Assembly: GCA_943354005.1 (NCBI GenBank)
Contig: CALRBE010000003.1
Coordinates: forward strand, 30,153-94,152
From: an uncultured Candidatus Saccharimonas sp.
GTDB lineage: Bacteria > Patescibacteriota > Saccharimonadia > Saccharimonadales > AWTP1-31
Reading direction: 5' to 3'
DNA: 64,000 bases
The position numbers and the translations under genes were made by a program. This document shows positions 39,694 to 48,711 of the stretch, piece by piece. The notes beneath the pieces were generated by a model, which saw only the letters and a program-made list of their open reading frames with translations, was not told the origin of the DNA and did not search any database. The first letter of the stretch is position 1. The number at the start of each line of letters is the position of its first letter.

Positions 39694-40263
39694 ATGAGCT
39701 TTGAAGATTACAAAACAAAAGAATCCGTTGTCATTGTCTATACAGGCGAAAGTAAGGGAAAAACAAGCGCCAGCCTAGGCCTATTAGTCCGTGCATTAGG
39801 TAATCGTTGGAACGTAGCCTTTATTCAATTTATTAAATACTGGGGTGTTGGAGAGCATGTTTTTATTCGCGACATTATGCCGTTATATAAAGACCAGATC
39901 CATTTTCATAAAGGTGGTAAGGGCTTTTATAAGGCAGGGGACTTAAGTCCGCAGCACATTTCAGAAGATCAGCATAAAAAAGCTGCTCAGGAAACCTACG
40001 ACGAAGCATTACGTTCAGCAACTAGCGGAAACTACGACCTTGTAATCTGCGACGAAATAAACAATGCAGTGCATGACGGACTCGTTAGCGAAGCACAGCT
40101 TAAGAAACTTATTACAAGTCGCCATAAGAAAACCAGTCTCTGCATGACAGGACGCGATTTTCCTGAAAAGCTATTACCACTTGTAGACATTGCGACTAAT
40201 ATGACAAAGATTAAACACCACTTTGATGATAAGTTTCTGGCCAATCCTGGCATAGATTACTAA
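39694..40263 (+). CDS. CobA/CobO/BtuR-family P-loop protein (ATP:corrinoid adenosyltransferase-like)
   Basis: YTGESKGKTSASLGLLVRALG...AFIQFIKYWGVGE...LVICDEINNA matches the CobA family layout (GKGKTTAA ... QFxKG ... DE). Confidence 0.55.
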   Translation: MSFEDYKTKESVVIVYTGESKGKTSASLGLLVRALGNRWNVAFIQFIKYWGVGEHVFIRDIMPLYKDQIHFHKGGKGFYKAGDLSPQHISEDQHKKAAQETYDEALRSATSGNYDLVICDEINNAVHDGLVSEAQLKKLITSRHKKTSLCMTGRDFPEKLLPLVDIATNMTKIKHHFDDKFLANPGIDY

Positions 40264-40267
40264 TGGT

Positions 40268-40786
40268 ATGATGACACAAAAACCTACACTGTACCTAATG
40301 CTCGGCCATCCTGGTGCAGGCAAAACTACAGCTGCAAAACTGATAGCTAAACAAAGACACGCTTTACACATATGGGCTGACGAGCATCGCCGAACACATT
40401 ATCCGGAACCGCATTACAGTGAAGAAGAGAACCAAAAACTATATCTTAAATTAAACAGTCAGGCAGAGATATCCCTTAAGTCTGGTCAGAGTGTAGTCTA
40501 CGACACTGCCTTCAACCACTACGCCGACAGAAAAAAACTACGCTCAATAGCCAAAGAAGCAGGGGCCGATACCATAATAATTTGGGTACAGACTCCGCTA
40601 GACATATCTAAACATCGGGCATTAAACGCCGATCTACATACAGAGACGCGTATTCTTGGAAGCATGACAGGTCAAAATTTCGTCAGGCTTTCTGACAAGC
40701 TAGAAGAGCCTAAGGAATCTGAAAATACTATTACACTAGATGGCACTAAGCTAAGTGAACCATATATTGAACAGAAGTTAGCTTAG
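40268..40786 (+). CDS. P-loop NTPase/kinase (AAA_33-like)
   Basis: LMLGHPGAGKTTAAKLIA Walker A. 172 aa. Confidence 0.6.
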   Translation: MMTQKPTLYLMLGHPGAGKTTAAKLIAKQRHALHIWADEHRRTHYPEPHYSEEENQKLYLKLNSQAEISLKSGQSVVYDTAFNHYADRKKLRSIAKEAGADTIIIWVQTPLDISKHRALNADLHTETRILGSMTGQNFVRLSDKLEEPKESENTITLDGTKLSEPYIEQKLA

Positions 40787-41719
40787 CCAGCTGTCTTGCT
40801 TGCCTAAAGCTGTTACAAAAGCATCCAATGGCCACATTAGAAAACTTGCTATATAAAAGAGCGCAATTATGGGCCAGCCAATTGCAAACAACAAGAACCG
40901 TTTTAAGCCATAATAATCAAGCTGCATTGTCTTGAATGAACCTCGTTGTCGATGATAACTCCGTGTTTCATTGCGAAGCCGTGAATAGTATATAAGTTTT
41001 GGGAAATAGTGTTGCGCTTGGCTGTAACTCGTAAAGAACATCGTTTTACTATTCACCAATTTCTTATCATGCGAATGAAGGAGCAGGGAAATGTCTTGAT
41101 CCTCATGTACAACAGTCGCATCCTTGCAGACATCTTTTTTAATATCCTGCCAAGCCGTTGCTCGAACTGCCATATTGGCACCCCATAGTAATGGAACCCC
41201 GTAATATACATGCGACCAAATGAAATAGAGCTGACTCCAGATCATTGTCATGGGCCAACGAATACGAGGAAGCAATAGACTGTAGCTAGGCCCAGTTGCA
41301 CCCGCAACACTATTATCTTTGAATATCACTTTCACGTTATTTACCCATTCGGGGTTAATTATGCTGTCGGCATCTATACGCCCTAAAATATCGCTCTTTG
41401 CAACAGAAAAACCACGGTCTCGAGCAAATATCAGACCCTGTTTTTTTTCGTGAACTACACGAACGAACGGATACGAGCTAGCGATTACTACTGAGTTATC
41501 ACTAGAGTTATTGTCGACAACAATTACCTCATCGGGCATTTCATCTTGAGCCGCTATAGCGTCAAGACAAAAATTTAATCGATGCGCCTCATTATAAACT
41601 GGTATAATGATTGAAAGTGTTAATGCTTTTTTCATAAGGAAGCTGTATAAATAATAGCAAATGACAAAGAAAACCAAAGTACAAAAAGAAACAAAGAAAT
41701 CTCTTGCCGAAGAACGCAA
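40778..41719 (-). CDS. glycosyltransferase family 2 with TM segments
   Basis: LSIIIPVYNEAHRLNFCLDAIAAQDEMPDEVIVVDNNSSDNS. Confidence 0.75.
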   Translation of the reverse strand: MRSSARDFFVSFCTLVFFVICYYLYSFLMKKALTLSIIIPVYNEAHRLNFCLDAIAAQDEMPDEVIVVDNNSSDNSVVIASSYPFVRVVHEKKQGLIFARDRGFSVAKSDILGRIDADSIINPEWVNNVKVIFKDNSVAGATGPSYSLLLPRIRWPMTMIWSQLYFIWSHVYYGVPLLWGANMAVRATAWQDIKKDVCKDATVVHEDQDISLLLHSHDKKLVNSKTMFFTSYSQAQHYFPKLIYYSRLRNETRSYHRQRGSFKTMQLDYYGLKRFLLFAIGWPIIALFYIASFLMWPLDAFVTALGKQDSWLS

Positions 41720-42857
41720 GCTAATTAATAGTCGATGGGGAGCAAAAGAAAAACGATTCTATACCCGTTGGGCTAATCATCTTCGTCTCGAAAAACCACG
41801 CTATTGGTTTAAGGAAAGATCCATCTTTCAGAAGATCATGCTCATATTTCTTTCAATACTGATTTTTTTGGTTGGCTGCATGTATGGTATCGCTCAGTGG
41901 TACATAGCGAGCACTAAATCTCAAGAGTTTAAATTTGGTGCTACTTTCATACCAAGCTATGCCCGTTACTTCGGATTAGAGCCTAAGGATACTCTGCAGG
42001 CCATGATAGATGAGCTTGGGATTCGACACTATCGTTTCGTAAGTTATTGGGATGAGATCGAAAAGACTCCTGGTGTATACGATTTTAAAGAACTTGATTG
42101 GCAATTTGAAAAAGCCCGCGCTTCTAACTCCACCGTCACATTAGCAATTGGCCTTAGACAACCAAGATGGCCGGAATGTCATATGCCAACATGGGCATCA
42201 TCTCAGCCTAAGGATGTTTGGTATCCACAACTTAAGACTTTCATGACCAAAGTTATTGAGAGATACAAAGATGTGCCATTCCTGGAAAGCTACCAACTAG
42301 AAAATGAGTTTTTCTTAGATGTCTTTGGTATTTGCCCAGACTTCAGTAGAGATAGGCTGATAGATGAATATAACTTAGTGAAGTCACTTGATCCTAACCG
42401 AACACTTATTATTAGCCGTAGCAATAATGCGCTAGGACTACCTGTAGGCAAACCACGTCCGGATAAATTTGGTATATCAGTATATAAGCGGGTATGGGAT
42501 AGGACAGTTACAAAACGCTACTTTGAATATCCATTCCCAGCCTGGTTCTATGGTTTCTTAGCAGGTGCAGGCAAGATTGTGACAGGCAAGGACATGATAA
42601 TCCATGAGCTCCAAGCAGAGCCATGGGGCCCTGATTTAGGCATACCGGAAATGAGCATTGAGGAACAGAACAAGTCATTGGATGCACGTCGCCTGACGGA
42701 TCGTATTGCATACGGCAAAGCGACTGGCATGCGAGAAGTAGACCTCTGGGGCGTGGAAATGTGGTACTGGCGTAAGGTTAAACTCAATGATCCAAGTCTC
42801 TGGGAAGCAGGGAAGAAAGCTATAGATGACCAACAGTGTCGGGCATGCTACGAGTAG
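41661..42857 (+). CDS. membrane-anchored TIM-barrel glycoside hydrolase-like protein
   Basis: N-terminal TM helix. The Trp/Tyr-rich ...YQLENEF region resembles a clan GH-A catalytic strand. Confidence 0.4.
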   Translation: MTKKTKVQKETKKSLAEERKLINSRWGAKEKRFYTRWANHLRLEKPRYWFKERSIFQKIMLIFLSILIFLVGCMYGIAQWYIASTKSQEFKFGATFIPSYARYFGLEPKDTLQAMIDELGIRHYRFVSYWDEIEKTPGVYDFKELDWQFEKARASNSTVTLAIGLRQPRWPECHMPTWASSQPKDVWYPQLKTFMTKVIERYKDVPFLESYQLENEFFLDVFGICPDFSRDRLIDEYNLVKSLDPNRTLIISRSNNALGLPVGKPRPDKFGISVYKRVWDRTVTKRYFEYPFPAWFYGFLAGAGKIVTGKDMIIHELQAEPWGPDLGIPEMSIEEQNKSLDARRLTDRIAYGKATGMREVDLWGVEMWYWRKVKLNDPSLWEAGKKAIDDQQCRACYE

Positions 42858-42878
42858 CCACTCCACCGATACTCTCTT

Positions 42879-43367
42879 TTGCGGTACAATAGCTACATTG
42901 TGAAGAAGAAAAATACACAACCAAAGCTGATTTCCAACCGACGCGCTCGTCATGACTATGAAATTGACGATACACTTCTTGTTGGCATGCAGCTTACTGG
43001 AGCCGAGACTAAAGCACTGCGCCACGGGCACGGACAGCTTCGTGGTGCCTATATTACGGTAAAAGACGACGAACTATACTTACTTAATGCTACTATCTCA
43101 AGCTTGCCCGGAGTATCGATTCCTGAAGCAGAACAGACTAGAACACGAAAGCTTCTTGCAAAACGCAGCGAAATTAATAAACTTATTGCGCTTAAACAAC
43201 AGGGCAACGCAATAGTGCCGCTAGCAATACTAACTGGTAATCGCTACATAAAACTACGTATTGCAGCTGGACGAGGAAAGAAACAGTACGATAAACGCCA
43301 AACACTCAAAGCTAGAGATCAAAACAGGGAAGCTAACGCAGCGATTAAAGATAAGGTACGCTCATGA
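42879..43367 (+). CDS. smpB: SsrA-binding protein SmpB
   Basis: ISNRRARHDYEIDDTLLVGMQLTGAETKALRHG...LYLLNATIS is the canonical SmpB core. Confidence 0.85.
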   Translation: MRYNSYIVKKKNTQPKLISNRRARHDYEIDDTLLVGMQLTGAETKALRHGHGQLRGAYITVKDDELYLLNATISSLPGVSIPEAEQTRTRKLLAKRSEINKLIALKQQGNAIVPLAILTGNRYIKLRIAAGRGKKQYDKRQTLKARDQNREANAAIKDKVRS

Positions 43368-43870
43368 GTGAAGATGCAATAGTTCATATTTTTAACGAAG
43401 ATAATGTCAAAATAGGCGAGATTCCACGTAAGGATCTCACAATCGAGCATAAATGGCGGATTATTTGCGTATGGATTGAAAATGACAAAGGCGAAACCTT
43501 GCTACAGCAGCGATCACTAAAGAAAACACATGGCCCTGGTCTCTGGACGGTCGCAGTTGAAGGAACAGTTGAAAATGACGATTCATTTGAGGAGACAGCA
43601 AGAAGAGAAATCGAAGAAGAAATTGGACTTAAAGAATTTACAATGACAACAGCAAAACGTATTAGCTTTGAAGCCGCAACTGGCTGGAGAGATGCCCAAG
43701 GATATATCGTCCGATGTAACTGGCCAATAGAAAAATTTACTGTTCAAGCTAGTGAAGTCGAGAAGTTGCAATGGAAGAACAAAAAAGATGTTATTCGTGA
43801 AATGAAGGCTCAAGATCCTAAGTATCCAAAACAAGCCCCAATCTGGCTTGAAATGTTTGACCTTGTCTAG
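43364..43870 (+). CDS. NUDIX hydrolase
   Basis: Nudix box GTVENDDSFEETARREIEEEIGL. Confidence 0.75.
   Translation: MSEDAIVHIFNEDNVKIGEIPRKDLTIEHKWRIICVWIENDKGETLLQQRSLKKTHGPGLWTVAVEGTVENDDSFEETARREIEEEIGLKEFTMTTAKRISFEAATGWRDAQGYIVRCNWPIEKFTVQASEVEKLQWKNKKDVIREMKAQDPKYPKQAPIWLEMFDLV
43840..43870. repeat. 31-bp direct repeat, copy 1 (3' end of NUDIX gene including its stop)
   Basis: AATCTGGCTTGAAATGTTTGACCTTGTCTAG. An identical copy lies at 44762-44792, and flanking similarity extends the match to about 55 bp. Confidence 0.8.
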
Positions 43871-43906
43871 CGGACTGTTTTTCTAGTTATATTGCCCCTG
43901 GAGTAT

Positions 43907-44500
43907 TTAAGCCAAATCACTACTAAGATACTTCTTAAGCAAAGAAAAGGGATCAACGTCTTCAATTGATTTTAGGTATTCTTTCCACTCTTTATCATCT
44001 AGTTCAGCAAGGCTTTTATTTGGAAAGGTTGGATGGCCATATACATATAGTAAATCCGTCCACCCATGAAGATTTGTACCTTTTGGTTTATTAGTTATAA
44101 ATCCAACCTCGTTGGCAACTAGTACTTTATCCTTTTTGCCATCATAGTAAGCAACCGCGTATGAAAAGATAGCTCTTCGATCTTTTTCGTCTGCCATAAG
44201 CTTTATAAGTCCCTTATAGCTAAAACTATCAAGCAGTAATTTCACAAATGGCCCTGGAAAGCCATTAAGTGCAGGTATAAAAAAGCCTCTATCATCGACA
44301 ATGATTTTTTTATTTGGAAATGCTTTTTTTGCTTGAGCTAGTTTATATTTTGCGACAGCTTCTATACTTAATTCACGCCCCTCATCAAAGTCGTAAATCT
44401 GTTGCTTCAGAGTAATGCCGATTGAGCCCAACTGTTTTTTAAGACTCTCATATTTCTTTTTATTTGATGTAATAAAATATATATCTTGCGCCTGTTTCAT
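43907..44500 (-). CDS. Ham1/ITPase-family non-canonical purine NTP pyrophosphatase, divergent paralog A
   Basis: FITSNKKK (vs ATGNxGK) and DDRGFFIPALNGFPGPFVK (vs DDSGL.VDALNGAPGVYSAR) match the ITPase/RdgB core. Confidence 0.65.
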   Translation of the reverse strand: MKQAQDIYFITSNKKKYESLKKQLGSIGITLKQQIYDFDEGRELSIEAVAKYKLAQAKKAFPNKKIIVDDRGFFIPALNGFPGPFVKLLLDSFSYKGLIKLMADEKDRRAIFSYAVAYYDGKKDKVLVANEVGFITNKPKGTNLHGWTDLLYVYGHPTFPNKSLAELDDKEWKEYLKSIEDVDPFSLLKKYLSSDLA

Positions 44501-44761
44501 CTAATAATCTCCTTAATAAGTATATCCTCGTCCCAAATACCCCTTACTTTACGTCTAAGGTATAAGTAATATATTTTTAATGTAGAGTCGTAGACTTTAG
44601 TATCAATATCAGGGTTATTCACTTTAACTCCATACATTAAGATAAATATCATATTGAATACGAATATGCAATTCTATAAAAGTTAACTGCAATTGGTCAA
44701 TACAAAAGACGTTATTAGGTTAATGATAACTAAAGACCTAGTATTTCCAAAAGCAAGTAAC

Positions 44762-44792
44762 AATCTGGCTTGAAATGTTTGACCTTGTCTAG
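44762..44792. repeat. 31-bp direct repeat, copy 2
   Basis: Identical to 43840-43870. It preserves the reading frame of the last 13 codons of the NUDIX gene but has upstream stops, so it is a non-functional gene-end copy. Confidence 0.8.
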
Positions 44793-44834
44793 TGGGCTGT
44801 TTTTAGATATAATTTGACAGTTGTAGAACAATAT

Positions 44835-44909
44835 TCGGGAGTAGCTCAATGGTGGAGCAAGAAGCTGTTAACTTCGAGGTTGCCGGTTCGAGTCCGGCCT
44901 CCCGAGCCA
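44835..44909 (+). tRNA. tRNA-Asn (anticodon GTT)
   Basis: Cloverleaf: acceptor TCGGGAG/CTCCCGA, D-stem GCTC/GAGC, anticodon loop CTGTTAA (U33, GUU, A37), T-arm GCCGG-TTCGAGT-CCGGC, discriminator G, encoded CCA. Confidence 0.9.
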
Positions 44910-44914
44910 ATCAT

Positions 44915-44940
44915 AAGCACTTTTTAGGAAGTGCTTTTTT
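44915..44940 (+). terminator. rho-independent terminator after tRNA-Asn
   Basis: AAGCAC-loop-GTGCTT hairpin followed by TTTTTT. Confidence 0.5.
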
Positions 44941-44992
44941 CAATAGAATATAAATAATATACATATGAGTAAACTATATTTAAGAAATCTTT

Positions 44993-45832
44993 ATGGAAAG
45001 ATCTGAAATAATTATCCCTGTTTTTAATGGCGAGCGACATCTGGGCAGTCTACTGGAATCATTATCGCATCAGACTATAGAACAATACTCGGTAACGATC
45101 GCGGACAATGGATCAACTGACGGGTCGATTGCGGTCGCAGAAAGTTTTAGGGATATATTCGAGCTAAAAATTATTGATGCATCTCGCAAGCAGGGCAAGG
45201 CTGTTGCACTCAACGAAGCCGTAATAAAATCCTCTGCTCAAAAATTGATCTTTGTTGATCAAGACGATATGGTTAACACTTCATACGTTGAATCCATGGC
45301 TGAAGCCATCGCGCAAAATCCTTTAGTGGCATCAACTATGGACGGAGAATTGTTAAACAAGAAGTTCGAGGTAGCACCACGGATTATTACCCGCGATCAA
45401 AGACTAGGGCATTTTGCCATTACGACCGTCTCGGGTGGAACAATGGGCATGACTAGAAAGGCTTTTGAGCACATAGGCGGTTTTAATGAGGACTTTAATT
45501 ATTCAACTAATGATGCAGAATTTTGCCAACGAGCTTACGCAAAGGGTTATGATTTTAAGCTTGTCTATGATGCAACCTTGTTTTACCGATTGCGCGATAC
45601 TCTTATTGGTAATTTACAGCAGGGCATAGGATATGGCATAGGAAACTACCAACTTGCTAAAATTCACCCGGAAATGCGAGGCGACCAAGCTACATCTAGA
45701 CAACTGCTTCAGGAAACAATCGCACTAGCTGGAAACTTTATAGCTAATAAATCTAATAGGGCGCGTAACTCTCATCTTATTGGAAAAAATGTCGGGCAAA
45801 TGCAAGAAAAGTTACGAACTTTTCTTTACTAA
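44993..45832 (+). CDS. glycosyltransferase family 2
   Basis: IIIPVFNGERHLGSLLESLSHQT...ADNGSTDGS and a DQDD motif. Confidence 0.7.
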   Translation: MERSEIIIPVFNGERHLGSLLESLSHQTIEQYSVTIADNGSTDGSIAVAESFRDIFELKIIDASRKQGKAVALNEAVIKSSAQKLIFVDQDDMVNTSYVESMAEAIAQNPLVASTMDGELLNKKFEVAPRIITRDQRLGHFAITTVSGGTMGMTRKAFEHIGGFNEDFNYSTNDAEFCQRAYAKGYDFKLVYDATLFYRLRDTLIGNLQQGIGYGIGNYQLAKIHPEMRGDQATSRQLLQETIALAGNFIANKSNRARNSHLIGKNVGQMQEKLRTFLY

Positions 45833-46222
45833 ATAATTAAATACATCTACGTAGTAGGGGTCCATCGAGCTGTCTATTCCCCGAATAATTATTTCTTCTA
45901 CGCTAAGCCACTCATAGCCTTGATGTTCCCAGCTTAAGCGTACCGCTAAATCATTTTCACTAACATTCGCGTTAAAAAGTACGTGATTTACATTAGGGTA
46001 ATTTATTTCAAAAGCCTCACTTGTTTGACTGCTCGTAATTACGATGCCTGTTTCTTCTTGAATCTCACGGATAATTGCATCTTTAATTTGCTCTCCCTCT
46101 TCGACTTCACCACCCGGAAGGTCTAAGTGTCCAGGAAAATGTGGATGTGTCTTACCCCTATATAGCAAAAGTAGCTTTCCGTCTAAATTACGGACTAAGG
46201 CCTTAGCAACGATCTTCTTCAT
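45812..46222 (-). CDS. NUDIX hydrolase
   Basis: Nudix box GGEVEEGEQIKDAIIREIQEETGI. 136 aa. Confidence 0.75.
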   Translation of the reverse strand: MKKIVAKALVRNLDGKLLLLYRGKTHPHFPGHLDLPGGEVEEGEQIKDAIIREIQEETGIVITSSQTSEAFEINYPNVNHVLFNANVSENDLAVRLSWEHQGYEWLSVEEIIIRGIDSSMDPYYVDVFNYLVKKSS

Positions 46223-46275
46223 CTAACCAGTTTAGCATCCTTGCTAAATATATAGAAGTATGATAAAAATACCTT

Positions 46276-46917
46276 ATGAATTCAACAGAGGTGAAGTCAT
46301 TTTTCGAGTATGACGTAGAAAGTCGTATAATTAAATCTGATAAACTATCATGCAACATCGACGAAGCATTAAAAAGAGTCCAAGCATGGAAAAAAAATGG
46401 TTTTACAATAGTCTTTACTTCGGGGGTCTTCGACATTCTTACACTAAATCACCTACTGGGATTGTATCACTACAGAATGCTGGGTGGAGATAAAACTAAG
46501 CTTGTAGTATCCATAGATACCGATGAACGTGTTAAATCATCAAAAGCTTTCAATACTTCTAAGGGCGGGTCAGTTAAACCAATCTTGTCTTGGGATAACC
46601 GAGCACTGATGATTGCGAAGCAAGCCACTAACGAGAGTAACATACTAGTAGACCTAATTCTTCAGCACGGAAGTGACACCTGCAGAGGTGTATGTCCGCA
46701 TGACGATAACGTAAGTATTGCAGAAAATTTACAACCAGACTTAGTAGTAGTTAACAGTAAGAGTCGGGATACTATTTCGAAGCTAGAACAAAGTACTATA
46801 ATTTCAAGTAATAATATACTAATTATTCAAGAAGAAGAATTAGCATATGAAGATGAACTACTTGGTGGCAAAATCAGTAATGCCAAAATTATAAATAGGA
46901 TAAAAAATGGAAACTAA
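46276..46917 (+). CDS. cytidylyltransferase-like (HIGH-nucleotidyltransferase fold) protein with degenerate HxGH motif, paralog 1
   Basis: TSGVFDILTLNHLLGL aligns to the G-x-FD-x-x-H-x-GH motif with H replaced by T and G by N. The C-terminus LLGGKISNAKIINRIKNG resembles the ISST-x-I-x-RI motif of TagD/RfaE-type enzymes. Confidence 0.4.
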   Translation: MNSTEVKSFFEYDVESRIIKSDKLSCNIDEALKRVQAWKKNGFTIVFTSGVFDILTLNHLLGLYHYRMLGGDKTKLVVSIDTDERVKSSKAFNTSKGGSVKPILSWDNRALMIAKQATNESNILVDLILQHGSDTCRGVCPHDDNVSIAENLQPDLVVVNSKSRDTISKLEQSTIISSNNILIIQEEELAYEDELLGGKISNAKIINRIKNGN

Positions 46918-47617
46918 CGCAGAGTTAACAAATAACTTTATTAATCAGTCTATAAATAACCGTATCGTCAATTGGACTGGTGAAGATAAGTGTACTGCAG
47001 AAGCTACGAGTACACTTGTAGATACTTGGCATCGAACTGGAAGCTTTGTTGTGGCAAATGCTGGCGGCTATGACTCTATGGGCCTTAATCACCTGAGAGG
47101 CCTAATGCAAGCACGAATTATTGGTGCGATACACCTGTTAGGTGGCGAGGGGAGTGTAAACGATATTTATGAACTTGCAAGTTCAGAAGATATTCGACTG
47201 CTTATTTCACTAGATACAAACGATGCACTTGAAGAGAACAAATCATATAAAGCAAACGGTGCCTACTCTGTTCGGCCTTTACTCGATTGGGATACTAGAG
47301 CGCGCACCCTCGCACTTCAAGGATTTGGAGGCGGTCGTGAATTAGTAGACTTCATAACTAAGCATGGTCCACTTGCATGTAGCGTTTGCGTAGCGGAAAG
47401 TTGCAATCACTCAAGTAAAACATTCAATATTGCCGATAGTGGAGCAGATCTAATTGTATTGAAGGATATTAATACTGACCAATTAGCTAACTATCCAAAC
47501 ACTTCGTTTCATGTGATAGAAGAGACAGAGGGAGCCTTCCATGACAAATTACTCGGTGGGCAAATCAGTACCTCAGCACTTGTTCGGCGCATAATTCAAA
47601 AAGATAAAAAAATATGA
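46907..47617 (+). CDS. cytidylyltransferase-like protein with degenerate HxGH motif, paralog 2
   Basis: NAGGYDSMGLNHLRGL and C-terminal LLGGQISTSALVRRI are co-linear with the upstream gene (tandem duplication). The two genes overlap by 11 nt. Confidence 0.4.
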   Translation: METNAELTNNFINQSINNRIVNWTGEDKCTAEATSTLVDTWHRTGSFVVANAGGYDSMGLNHLRGLMQARIIGAIHLLGGEGSVNDIYELASSEDIRLLISLDTNDALEENKSYKANGAYSVRPLLDWDTRARTLALQGFGGGRELVDFITKHGPLACSVCVAESCNHSSKTFNIADSGADLIVLKDINTDQLANYPNTSFHVIEETEGAFHDKLLGGQISTSALVRRIIQKDKKI

Positions 47618-48597
47618 GTAGGCCGCTAGTTTCAATTCTTATTCCAGTTACAAAAAATGAAGCAGATTGTTTACCGGCAACACTTCATTCAGTCAGGGAG
47701 GATATAAAAAATTTTGGTAAAAAGTCAGAGATTATAGTCATCGCAAATAACTGTAAGGGAACAAGTGATCTGGTTGCAGAGGATGTATTCGGGAGTGAAG
47801 ATTTCAAAGATGATATGGCAGTTGGCAAAGTGATACATTGCGACACACCAGGTAAGATGTTTGCAGTCAACAAGGGCATCGATATTGCCGAGGGCAAGTA
47901 CCTAATCCTTATTGACGGCGATTTACTAATGGATCCGGGTTCAATCGCTTGGACGGTTGACGCGATAGATAAACCCGACGTCACGGTTGTAAGTATGCAT
48001 CACGTGCCAATTGAAGGTACGTTGCCGGAAGATGCAGATCTCGCTCGCGTAATAATGATGAACTCCTACCGTCGCCATTCTTTCCCAGAAAAGTACTGGC
48101 TACACGGCGCATATTTAGGATGGTCAAGCAGCTTCATGATTGAGGGTGAAACCCTTCGATTTCCTGCAGGTGCTCGTGTTCATGAGGATAATTGGTTAAC
48201 TGCAATTATTGCTAGAGATTACGGCTTTCATACAATACGAGTTACAAAGAACTATATGGCTCGTTTTATACCTCCGCAAACCTGGGAGGATTACTACCGT
48301 CAACAGTGGAGATATCAGTTTGCGCACAAAGACCTTGAGGAAAGTTTTCCAGAACTTGCTGAATTTATACCTACAATACGTCGGTGGACAAACAATAAAT
48401 ATCCAGAAGATTGGATCGACAGAGAATGGCGTGAAAAGTGTATCTTTGAGGGTATTGATTTTGATGAGTTTATTAGTATATATAATAAAGTACTCGCTAA
48501 AGTCCGCACGGGTCGTCAAGAGTCACGTGAGTTGCTTGATAAAAACGGAGTTTGGAAACAGCAAATTACAACCAAGCATGATAGGCGAAATGAATAA
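47614..48597 (+). CDS. glycosyltransferase family 2-like protein
   Basis: VSILIPVTKNEADCLPATLHSV... and a DGDLLMD (DxD) motif. Start overlaps the previous gene (ATGA). Confidence 0.6.
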   Translation: MSRPLVSILIPVTKNEADCLPATLHSVREDIKNFGKKSEIIVIANNCKGTSDLVAEDVFGSEDFKDDMAVGKVIHCDTPGKMFAVNKGIDIAEGKYLILIDGDLLMDPGSIAWTVDAIDKPDVTVVSMHHVPIEGTLPEDADLARVIMMNSYRRHSFPEKYWLHGAYLGWSSSFMIEGETLRFPAGARVHEDNWLTAIIARDYGFHTIRVTKNYMARFIPPQTWEDYYRQQWRYQFAHKDLEESFPELAEFIPTIRRWTNNKYPEDWIDREWREKCIFEGIDFDEFISIYNKVLAKVRTGRQESRELLDKNGVWKQQITTKHDRRNE

Positions 48598-48653
48598 CCA
48601 ATAGAGTCAATCCTAAAGATTTAATTCATTAATAGCCATAATGCTGCCGATTA

Positions 48654-48669
48654 GAGTCCGGCCTCCCGA
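48654..48669 (+). repeat. direct repeat of tRNA-Asn 3' end (putative att-type repeat)
   Basis: GAGTCCGGCCTCCCGA is identical to tRNA-Asn positions 44890-44905. It is followed by a hairpin plus T-tract, like the tRNA terminator. Confidence 0.6.
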
Positions 48670-48711
48670 TCCAAAATGATTTTGCTTAATGAACTTCGTT
48701 AGAAGTTATTT

